This document shows, piece after piece, positions 27,989 to 36,257 of a stretch of 64,000 bases of DNA (its first letter is position 1; every line of letters starts with the position of its first letter). The position numbers and the translations under genes are program-made. Location of the stretch: the NCBI GenBank assembly GCA_050115495.1, contig JASFQK010000017.1, forward strand, positions 1 through 64,000, read 5' to 3'. The notes under the pieces are model-generated. The model was not told where the DNA came from, did not search any database, and saw only the letters and a program-made list of their open reading frames with translations. This stretch comes from Phycisphaerae bacterium (lineage in GTDB: Bacteria; Planctomycetota; Phycisphaerae; UBA1845; Fen-1342).

Positions 27989-28016
27989 TCGCTGAGTTGT
28001 CCGGCTCGCGGCGAGG

Positions 28017-28574
28017 CTACTCGTCGGGGGCCGGAGCTTCAGCGGGTGGTTGCGGCGGAGCAACGAGCAGTTCCGCGCGCTTGGCGCGGAGCAGGCTGAC
28101 GACGTCCTGTTCAGCCGCCAGACGCGGCAGGAGCAGCCCGGCCACGAGCGACGTGATGATCGTGACCATGGCGACCAGGCCAACGATCCCACGGACGCCA
28201 GGCGACAGCCAACCGAATGGCCGATTGATCGCCTTCAACGCCGTGTCCAGCAGGCGAAACACGAGGCTGGGCCGATCCGCATCGTCGCCGGTCGCAGCCG
28301 TGCCGTCCGACGTTTCGGCCTTGGTTTCGGCGGTGACGGCTTGCTCGGGGGCAGGCGCGGGCTGAGCAGCACCGGGGGCGGGTGCGGCCGCAGGGCGTGC
28401 TGGCATCCCCGGCGTGGGCACCGGGATGGGCACGACGTGGCCACCCTGCCCATCGTCGAGACTGGGCATGCCGTCCTGGCCCGGAACGAGCTCCTCGATC
28501 TCGGCCAGGGCCGCGTCCAGCTCTTCCTTGGTCAGAACGGCCTGCGATTTGTGTTCGGCGGTATTCGTTTCCAT
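28017..28574 (-). CDS. Hypothetical single-pass membrane protein
   Basis: Acidic/Pro-Ala-rich N-terminus, INRPF motif, one TM helix. Confidence 0.6.
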   Translation of the reverse strand: METNTAEHKSQAVLTKEELDAALAEIEELVPGQDGMPSLDDGQGGHVVPIPVPTPGMPARPAAAPAPGAAQPAPAPEQAVTAETKAETSDGTAATGDDADRPSLVFRLLDTALKAINRPFGWLSPGVRGIVGLVAMVTIITSLVAGLLLPRLAAEQDVVSLLRAKRAELLVAPPQPPAEAPAPDE

Positions 28575-28781
28575 CGCAAACTCGGCGCAGGGCTCCGCCC
28601 GGTAAATCGGCCGAACTCGGACGTGGCTTCAGTAAGCGGGCGGGCGCTGTAGGAACTTGTAGCGGCGCGCGTCGACAGAGAAGTCAAGGAACTATTAAAC
28701 TAGTGAGGCTCTGACTATCGGCGTAATCCTCAGCTTGTCGCCCCTCGGCCCGCGCCACGGCCGCCGCGGCGGGAGAAAGAC

Positions 28782-30494
28782 ATGACCCGCACTACCCCCC
28801 TGCTCGCCCTGCTGCTCCTGCTGCCCGGCGCGACGGCACAACCGGCCCCCACGACCGAGCAGCTCCTGGCCAAAGTGCCGCCGCGCACGGCGTTCGTGCT
28901 GGTCGCCCCGCGGCTGGACAACCTGGTGAGCAACCTAGCGAGCTTCGGCAAGAAGATCGGGGCGGATGAGCTGGCCGAGCTGACGCCGGCGCTCCTGCTC
29001 GAACGGGCGGGACTGCTGGAGCACGCCGAGGGTCTCGATATCGACGGTCCGCTGGTAGTCGCCCAGAGCCCCGAGTACGCCGTGCCGCTCGCGTTGTGCG
29101 TGGTGCGTGACGCCGAGGCCTGGAAGAAGGCCGTGCAGGCAGAAACGATGAACAACGGGCTGCTGCGCGTGCGGCTGTGTCATGCCGGCGGCTATGCGGC
29201 GATCGAGGAAAACGTTCTGATCCTTGGCGACGAGCCTGACGCGGTTCGCGCAGCGGTGGCCGCCGACGAGACGTTCGCCCTGCGGTTTGCGCAGGAAGCC
29301 GGGCCGCTGCTGGCCGACCACCAGTTCGTCTGCTGGGTGGACCTGCCGCCGTGGCGACCGCGAATGGAGGCCGTGCTGGCGGCGATGCGGCTGGCCATGC
29401 AGATGAGCATGGCCATGAACGCGCCGCCGGACGAGAGCATGCGTCGGGTCGTCAACGCGCTGGTCAGCGAGATAACAGGTCTGATCCGCGAGATGGACTC
29501 GCTCGCCGTGGGCATTCGGGGCGGCGCAGACGGCATCCGCCTGCACGCGATCACGCGTTTTCGCGAAGGCGGGCCGGTCGCGACGTATCTCGACAAGGCC
29601 GGCAAGGGTCGGGGGCACCTGCTGCGCGGCCTGCCGGACGCTCCGGCCATACTGATCGCGAGCTGCGAGTGGGAGAAACCGCCGGGCACCGACAGTCTGA
29701 CGCTCCGCTGGCTCAAGAGCCTGTTCGAGAACGACGAGGTCCGGGCCCGCGTGGGCGAGGAACAGTACAAACGCGCCCTGCAGGCCAGCATCGACATGAA
29801 CAACCGTATGTCCGGCTACAACTTCACGATGAGTGCGGGTGGGCCGGATGGTGGCCTGCTCATCACCGGCGTGTATTTCGCGGACGATCCGACCGCGTTC
29901 ATGGGCTACATGCGGGACGCCTTCGAGTTCAATGCGGAGTTTCTCAGCCCGGTCGGGCCGGGGACGAAGACGAAAGTGACCTCGCGCACGGAGCAGATCG
30001 CCGGGCACGAAGTGACGGCGTACGACATGGCCTTCGACGTCGATGACCCGCAGCTTCGCCAAACCGTACAAGCCCTGTACGGCCGGCAGCCGAGCGCGTA
30101 CGCGGCGGCCCGGGCGCAGGATGTCTTCTTTGTGATGGGACCGACGCGGCCGAGCCGGCAGCGCGTCGAGCAACTGCTCGACTCGGCGGGACGTCCGCTG
30201 ACCGAGAACCCGCGTGTGGCCGCCGTCTGCGGGGCGCTGTCGCCCGAGCCGCAGTGCTACGCGCTGCTCGACCTGGTCGAGTTCCTCAAGTTCGTGCTGG
30301 CCACGGTGCGGTGTGCCGGAGCCCCGGTGCCGCCGCTGGAGTGGAGTGACGAACCCGCGCCGTACGCGGGCCTGGCCTTGTACTTCGAGCCGGGCCGGAT
30401 CCGCACCGAGGCCTACGTGCCCGCCGAGCCCGTCCGCCGCATTATCAGCGCGATCACGGCCCTGAAGACTGCCGAGCCGGTTCACCGGCCCTGA
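28782..30494 (+). CDS. Hypothetical secreted protein
   Basis: Signal peptide (ATA-Q), GGAG RBS, host-like codon usage; family not recognised with confidence. Confidence 0.7.
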   Translation: MTRTTPLLALLLLLPGATAQPAPTTEQLLAKVPPRTAFVLVAPRLDNLVSNLASFGKKIGADELAELTPALLLERAGLLEHAEGLDIDGPLVVAQSPEYAVPLALCVVRDAEAWKKAVQAETMNNGLLRVRLCHAGGYAAIEENVLILGDEPDAVRAAVAADETFALRFAQEAGPLLADHQFVCWVDLPPWRPRMEAVLAAMRLAMQMSMAMNAPPDESMRRVVNALVSEITGLIREMDSLAVGIRGGADGIRLHAITRFREGGPVATYLDKAGKGRGHLLRGLPDAPAILIASCEWEKPPGTDSLTLRWLKSLFENDEVRARVGEEQYKRALQASIDMNNRMSGYNFTMSAGGPDGGLLITGVYFADDPTAFMGYMRDAFEFNAEFLSPVGPGTKTKVTSRTEQIAGHEVTAYDMAFDVDDPQLRQTVQALYGRQPSAYAAARAQDVFFVMGPTRPSRQRVEQLLDSAGRPLTENPRVAAVCGALSPEPQCYALLDLVEFLKFVLATVRCAGAPVPPLEWSDEPAPYAGLALYFEPGRIRTEAYVPAEPVRRIISAITALKTAEPVHRP

Positions 30495-31300
30495 GCATCC
30501 TCCGGCGGCGGCGCGGCAAGCTCGGTCAGCAGCCGCCGCAGGTAGTCGCTCGCCGCCAGCATGCGGCTGCCGTACCACCCGAACATCTCGCCATCCACGA
30601 GCCGCACACTGCTTTCGGGCAGGTGCCGGGCAAGCTCGTCAGCATGCTCCTGAGCGAACGGAAACGGCTCGGAGGACAGCCACACGTGCCCCGGCCGCCG
30701 CGCCTGCAACTGGGCGAGCGTAACCGCCGGATAGCGGCCCGGTAGCGCCGCCGCGACGTTGTCGAGTCCGCAGCGTTCGAGCAACGAATGGATGTACGTG
30801 TCGCGGCCGACGGTCATGAGGGGATCCCGCCAGATGAGATAGGCCACGCGCGGGCCGCTTAGACGCGGCAGCGACGCGAAGCGGGCCCGGATCGCCTCGA
30901 TGAGCGACTCCGCCGCCGGCACGCAGCCGGTCAGCGTGCCAAGGTCACGGATCGCCCGCAGCGACTGCTCGATATCGTCCACGTCCACAACGTACACCGG
31001 CCGAACGTCGGCCAGGGCCGCGACGTGCTCCGGGCGGTTCTCCTCCTTCGCGGCGATGACCAGGTCCGGCTCCAGGGCGAGGACGCCAGCGACGTCGACC
31101 GTCTTCGGTCCGCCGACGGTGGGCACGTCGCGGACCTGCTCCGCCGGGTGGATGCAGAATTCGGTGCGGCCAACGACGCGTCCGGCGAGGCCCAGCGCGA
31201 AGAGCGTCTCGGTCAACGACGGGCAGAGCGAGACGATCCGCCGGGGCGGTTGCGGGACGACGACGCGGCGGCCGAGATGGTCGGTGCAGACGTGCTCCAT
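30482..31300 (-). CDS. Helical-backbone metal receptor (BtuF/cobalamin- or Fe-siderophore-binding-like)
   Basis: RIVSLCPSLTETLFALG, VGGPK, PDLVIAAKEEN, LSSEPFPF, WYGSRM. Confidence 0.85.
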   Translation of the reverse strand: MEHVCTDHLGRRVVVPQPPRRIVSLCPSLTETLFALGLAGRVVGRTEFCIHPAEQVRDVPTVGGPKTVDVAGVLALEPDLVIAAKEENRPEHVAALADVRPVYVVDVDDIEQSLRAIRDLGTLTGCVPAAESLIEAIRARFASLPRLSGPRVAYLIWRDPLMTVGRDTYIHSLLERCGLDNVAAALPGRYPAVTLAQLQARRPGHVWLSSEPFPFAQEHADELARHLPESSVRLVDGEMFGWYGSRMLAASDYLRRLLTELAAPPPEDAQGR

Positions 31301-31428
31301 GGTCGGCGGCTTTCTCCGAGCGGCACGATTCTACCCGCGTAGGACGGCAGATTGCGTCCCCGGCGGAATGACGGTAGCTTAGCACGTCCTGGCTGGGGGC
31401 GTTCCGCCGCGGCGGGGAGTGAGCCGAG

Positions 31429-33348
31429 ATGAAGCTGTTCGTGCCCGGTCGGATCTGTCTGTTCGGCGAGCATTCGGACTGGGCCGGGGCCTACCGGCGG
31501 ATCAACGGCGAGCTCGAACGGGGCCACACCATCATCTGCGGGACCAACCAGGGCATCTTCGCCGAGGTGCGGTCGCATCCGTCGAAGCTGGTCCTGCGGG
31601 CTACGCTGAACGACGGGCGGCGCGAGGGGCCGTGCGAACTGCCCATGGAGCCGGCCGCCCTGCTGGCCGAGGCCCAGAGCGGGGGCTTCTTCTCCTACGC
31701 CGCTGGCGTGGCCCACCAGGTGCTGACCCACTACCGCGTGGGCGGCCTGGAGATCGACAATTACCGGACAACGCTGCCCGTGAAGAAAGGGCTGTCCTCG
31801 TCGGCGGCGATCTGCGTGCTCGTGGCCCGGGCGTTCAACCGCGTCTACGACCTGAAGATGACCACGCGCGGCGAGATGGAATACGCCTACCAGGGCGAGA
31901 TCGTCACGCCGTCACGCTGCGGGCGGATGGACCAGGGCTGCGCCTTCGGCAACCGGCCGATCGAGATGGTCTTCGACGGCGACCGCATCGACGTCGTCGA
32001 GCTGCGTGTGCCCGGCAGCCTGCATTTCGTCATCGTCGATCTTCACGCCGGCAAGGACACCAAGGAGATCCTCGCCAAGCTGAATCGCTGCTACCCGTTC
32101 GCCGAGGACGACCTCCAGCGCAGCGTGCAGAAGTACCTCGGGCCGATCAACACGCGGCTCACCGGCGAAGCCGTCGCCGCCATTCGCGCCGGCGACGCCC
32201 GCCGCGTCGGCAGATTAATGCGCGAGGCACAGGCCGTCTTCGACGAGCACTTGCAGCCGGCCTGCCCGAGCCAGCTCACGGCGCCCGTCCTGCACAAGGT
32301 GCTGAGCTACGAGCCGATTCAACCCTACGTGCTCGGCGGCAAGGGCGTCGGTTCGCAGGGCGACGGCTCGGCGCAGTTCATCGTCAAGGACGAGCTCGCC
32401 CAGCAGCGCGTGATCGAGATCCTCGAACGCGACCTGAAGCTCACCTGCCTCAAGCTCGACATCGAATGCGGCCGGCGGGTACGCAGGGCGGTCATCCCGG
32501 CGGCGGGCTTCGGCACACGCCTCTTCCCCGCCAGCAAGGTGATGAAGAAGGAGATGTTCCCCGTCATCGACCGCACGGGCCGGGCCAAGCCCGTTATCCT
32601 GGCCATCGTCGAGGAGGCGCTCTCGGCGGGGATCGAGCAAATCGCCATCATCATCCAGCCGGACGATCGCGGTTTCTTCGAGGAGTTCTTCGGCCCGCCA
32701 CCCATCGAGCACTACAACAAGTTGCCGCGTGAGCAGCGCGAGTACGCCCAATACCTGCTGGACGTCGGCCGGCGGATCACCTGGCTGTCGCAGGAAAGCC
32801 AGCAGGGTTTCGGCCACGCCGTGTACTGCGCCCGTGAGTGGGTCGGCGGCGAGCCGTTCCTGCTGCTGTTGGGCGATCACCTGTACGCCGCGGACGGCGA
32901 CGAATCGTGCGCGCAGCAGATGGTGGACGCCTACGAGCGTTACGGGCACAGCGTGGTGGGGCTGAAGGTCACGGCCGCCGAGGAGGTGCAGCACTTCGGT
33001 TGCGTCGGCGGCGCGTGGCGCGAGGATGGGCGGGTGCTGTCGATCACCGAGTTCTGCGAGAAGCCGAATGCTGACTTCGCCCGCAAGCACCTGCGGGTCG
33101 AAGGGCTGGACGACGACCACTTCCTGACCGTCTTCGGGCAGTACGTCCTCGACCCGCAGATCTTCGAGCACCTGGGCGAGAACATCGTCCATAACGCCCG
33201 CGAGCAGGGCGAGTTCCAGTTGACGTCCTGCCTGGATCGCCTGCGGCAGGAGCAGGGTTTCACCGGCGTCGTCGTGCGGGGCCGGCGTTTTGACATCGGT
33301 TTGCCCGATGCCTACCGGCAGACCGTCATCGACTTTCGGCAGGCGTAG
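31429..33348 (+). CDS. Bifunctional GHMP sugar kinase / GalU-like sugar-1-phosphate nucleotidyltransferase
   Basis: PGRICLFGEHSDW, PVKKGLSSSAA, GRMDQ and GSQGDG (GHMP); AVIPAAGFGTRLFPASK, GFGHAV, LLGD, EKP and FDIG (NTP transferase). Confidence 0.88.
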   Translation: MKLFVPGRICLFGEHSDWAGAYRRINGELERGHTIICGTNQGIFAEVRSHPSKLVLRATLNDGRREGPCELPMEPAALLAEAQSGGFFSYAAGVAHQVLTHYRVGGLEIDNYRTTLPVKKGLSSSAAICVLVARAFNRVYDLKMTTRGEMEYAYQGEIVTPSRCGRMDQGCAFGNRPIEMVFDGDRIDVVELRVPGSLHFVIVDLHAGKDTKEILAKLNRCYPFAEDDLQRSVQKYLGPINTRLTGEAVAAIRAGDARRVGRLMREAQAVFDEHLQPACPSQLTAPVLHKVLSYEPIQPYVLGGKGVGSQGDGSAQFIVKDELAQQRVIEILERDLKLTCLKLDIECGRRVRRAVIPAAGFGTRLFPASKVMKKEMFPVIDRTGRAKPVILAIVEEALSAGIEQIAIIIQPDDRGFFEEFFGPPPIEHYNKLPREQREYAQYLLDVGRRITWLSQESQQGFGHAVYCAREWVGGEPFLLLLGDHLYAADGDESCAQQMVDAYERYGHSVVGLKVTAAEEVQHFGCVGGAWREDGRVLSITEFCEKPNADFARKHLRVEGLDDDHFLTVFGQYVLDPQIFEHLGENIVHNAREQGEFQLTSCLDRLRQEQGFTGVVVRGRRFDIGLPDAYRQTVIDFRQA

Positions 33349-33405
33349 GGGCGAGGCCGGCGGCCCCGTTGCCAACGCCGCTCATCTCGCCTACGCTCTG
33401 TTATG

Positions 33406-33532
33406 GCTAGGGGTGGTCCGCCGCGGCGGACATGAGATCCGGGCACGGTCGGTCCGGAGACCCTGTGAACCTGATCAGTGCCAGGCCGACGGTCGCCGGC
33501 AGTGGTGGCCGCGGTCGACTGCGTAGGGAAGC
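33406..33532 (+). promoter_or_regulatory. TPP riboswitch (THI element) with extended P5/L5
   Basis: GCTAGGGGTG...TGAGA...ACCC-TGT-GAACCTGATCAG...CTGCGTAGGGAAGC conserved blocks in order; lies upstream of a thiC-containing operon. Confidence 0.88.
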
Positions 33533-33571
33533 ACCCATGCCACACGCATTCGCATTACACGAGTTCATCCA

Positions 33572-34672
33572 ATGATTGACCCGAGCACGCTGCGGGAGCT
33601 CTTCGAACACAACGACTGGGCCCGCGACAAGCTTATGACGCTGGCCGCCGATTTGACGGATGCCCAGCTCGACCGGCCATTCGAGATGGGCGAAGGGTCG
33701 TTGCGGGCGACGTTGCGGCACTACTACGGCGCTGAGCGTATCTGGGCGCAGCATGTCCGGATGCCCGGCTGCGAGGCGTTCCCGCATTCGCGCACGCTGG
33801 AAGCGGTCAGCGACCTGCGCCACACCGCCGACATCCTCGCCGAAGTGCGCCGCCGATGGCTGGACACCCTGCCGCCCGAAGCCATGGGGCAGACCGCCAC
33901 GTACACCACGAGCAAGGGTGAGACGTACACGACGCCGCTCGGGGATATCCTGCTGCACGTGTGTAACCACGGATTCCACCACCGCGCGCAGGCCCTGAAC
34001 ATGCTGCGGCACCTGGGCGTCGAGACGCCGATGCTCGACTTTCTGCTGATGAAGCTCGAACGACCGACGATCCCGATCACGCCCACGTTCAGCGATGGGC
34101 TGCGGGCGTTGGGACTGACCGTCCCCGAACAGACCGTCGCGGCGCGGCCGCTCGACCCGGAAACCATGCGTGCCGGCCACGCCTACGGCGACATGGCCAA
34201 TGAGCGTCTGTGCCGCCTGGCCGTCGAGTTGAGCGACGAGCAGCTCGACCGCCCCTTCGAAATCGGGTTGGGCACGCTCCGCAAGACGTTGCTGCACATT
34301 CGCGACGCCGAGCAGTGGTGGTACGAGAACTGGATTAACCCTGCGCCCGTTGAGTTCGCGAAGCTGCCGCCGGAGACGTCGATAGGCGACTTGCAGCGGC
34401 TTTTCGCCGAGACGACCGAGCGGCGCGATGCCTTCGTCGAGCAGGTTCGCGGACCGGACCTGGAGCGCGTCGTGACCGCGGAGGTCCGGCCGGGCGCATG
34501 CCTGAGCTTCCGTCTGGGGGAAACCATGCTTCAGCTCTTCGGCCACGGGACGCATCACCGGGCCCAGGCGCTGAACATGCTGCGGCACCTGGGAGCCGAG
34601 GTGCCGGCACTGGATTACATCGCGTGGCTGTGGGGGCGACAGCCGGGCGTCGCGGGGAACGAAAGGAGATAA
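33572..34672 (+). CDS. DinB/YfiT-superfamily protein with two tandem DinB domains
   Basis: Twice LDRPFE(M/I)GxG(S/T)LRxTLxH...AE..W and HGxHHRAQALNMLRHLG. Confidence 0.9.
   Translation: MIDPSTLRELFEHNDWARDKLMTLAADLTDAQLDRPFEMGEGSLRATLRHYYGAERIWAQHVRMPGCEAFPHSRTLEAVSDLRHTADILAEVRRRWLDTLPPEAMGQTATYTTSKGETYTTPLGDILLHVCNHGFHHRAQALNMLRHLGVETPMLDFLLMKLERPTIPITPTFSDGLRALGLTVPEQTVAARPLDPETMRAGHAYGDMANERLCRLAVELSDEQLDRPFEIGLGTLRKTLLHIRDAEQWWYENWINPAPVEFAKLPPETSIGDLQRLFAETTERRDAFVEQVRGPDLERVVTAEVRPGACLSFRLGETMLQLFGHGTHHRAQALNMLRHLGAEVPALDYIAWLWGRQPGVAGNERR
33995..34593 (+). repeat. Intragenic direct repeat marking the DinB domain duplication
   Basis: Identical 23-mer CTGAACATGCTGCGGCACCTGGG at 33995-34017 and 34571-34593. 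Confidence 0.9.
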
Positions 34673-34675
34673 CCG

Positions 34676-36226
34676 GTGACGCAGCTTCAATCCGCCCGTC
34701 AGGGCACCATCACCCCGGAGATGGTCCGGGTCGCCGCGCGAGAAGGCGTCGCGCCCGAGTTCATCCGTGAACACGTCGCCGCCGGCCGGATCATCATCCC
34801 CGCCAACAAGCGGCACCTGGCGGGTTCGAGCGGCAAGGAACCGTCGCAGCGTGCGGAATTCACGATCGACAGCTCGGCGGTCGGCCATCCCGGCTGTACG
34901 GCGAAGGCGGCGCTATGGGTCAACCAGACGGTCGCCCAGCGGCGACAGTGGCTCGACGACGCCAACTACTGCCGCGGCGAGCGGGCGGCCAAACGGCTCG
35001 ATCCGATCGGCATCGGCCGGGCGCTGACCACCAAGATCAACGCCAATATCGGCGCATCCCCCGTTTCCAGCGACACCGCCCACGAGGTCGAGAAGCTCCG
35101 CTGGGCACAGCTCTACGGCGCCGACACGCTGATGGACCTGTCCACCGGCGGTGATCTGGATGAGTGCCGCCAGCAGATCATCGACCACAGCACGATCCCC
35201 ATCGGTACGGTGCCCATCTACAGCATGATCGTCGGCCGCACTGTCGAGGAGCTCGACCACGACACGATCCTGAAGACGATCGCCCACCAGGCCGAACAGG
35301 GTGTCGACTACGTCACAATCCACGCCGGTATCCTGCGCGAGCACCTGGGGCTGATCCGCCGGCGGGTGTGCGGGCTGGTCAGCCGCGGCGGATCGCTGCT
35401 GGCCAAGTGGATGGTGCACCATCTCCAGCAGAATCCGATGTACGAGCTGTTCGACGAGATCAGCGCGATTCTGCGGCAGTATGACGTGGCATATTCGCTG
35501 GGCGACGGGATTCGGCCGGGCTGCCTGGCGGATGCGAGCGACCCGGCGCAGATCGCCGAGCTGCACGTGCTAGGCGAGCTGGTGCAGCGGGCGCGCGAAG
35601 CGGGCGTGCAGGCGATGGTCGAAGGACCGGGCCACATCCCGCTGAACGAGGTCGCCTGGAACATGGAGACCGAGCGGGCCGTGTGCGACGACGCCCCGTT
35701 CTACGTGCTCGGACCGGTGGTCACCGACGTTTTTCCCGGCTACGACCACATCACCAGCGCGATCGGGGCGTGCGAGGCGGCGCGGGCCGGGGCGGCGATG
35801 CTGTGCTACGTCACGCCCAAGGAGCACGTGGGCCTGCCCACGGCTGAAGACGTGCAGCAGGGCTGCGTGGCGTACAAGATCGCGGCCCACGCCGGCGATA
35901 TCGCCCGCGGCATCCACGGGGCGCGGCAGTGGGACGACGACATGAGCCGGGCCCGGGCGACGCTAAACTGGACAACGCAGTTTGAGCTCGCTTTCGACGG
36001 CGATACGGCCCGCGGGCTGCGCGGGGCCGAGCTGCCCGCAGATAGCGATTATTGTGCGATGTGCGGCCGCGACTGGTGCAGCCTGCGAACCAGCCGTACC
36101 GTAATGACCAGTAGCGAGCCGGACGATCCGGATGAGCCGCCCGCGGCGGGTGGCCCACAACGGCGACGGCCGAGCTGCTACGAAGAGCGGCGCCCGGGCG
36201 CGGGCGGCAGCGCTCAGGTCACGTGA
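34676..36226 (+). CDS. thiC: Phosphomethylpyrimidine synthase
   Basis: KINANIGAS, MDLSTGG, SRGGS, EGPGH, PGYDH, LCYVTPKEH, CxxCxxxxC (CAMCGRDWC). Confidence 0.97.
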   Translation: MTQLQSARQGTITPEMVRVAAREGVAPEFIREHVAAGRIIIPANKRHLAGSSGKEPSQRAEFTIDSSAVGHPGCTAKAALWVNQTVAQRRQWLDDANYCRGERAAKRLDPIGIGRALTTKINANIGASPVSSDTAHEVEKLRWAQLYGADTLMDLSTGGDLDECRQQIIDHSTIPIGTVPIYSMIVGRTVEELDHDTILKTIAHQAEQGVDYVTIHAGILREHLGLIRRRVCGLVSRGGSLLAKWMVHHLQQNPMYELFDEISAILRQYDVAYSLGDGIRPGCLADASDPAQIAELHVLGELVQRAREAGVQAMVEGPGHIPLNEVAWNMETERAVCDDAPFYVLGPVVTDVFPGYDHITSAIGACEAARAGAAMLCYVTPKEHVGLPTAEDVQQGCVAYKIAAHAGDIARGIHGARQWDDDMSRARATLNWTTQFELAFDGDTARGLRGAELPADSDYCAMCGRDWCSLRTSRTVMTSSEPDDPDEPPAAGGPQRRRPSCYEERRPGAGGSAQVT

Positions 36227-36257
36227 CAGTCCTTGCCAGAGAGGTGTGCGCAGATCC

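Noticed and set aside
31301..31428. Possible cobalamin riboswitch before the BtuF-like gene
   Set aside because: The intergenic region is short and has no B12-box (GGGAA...GCCACTG).
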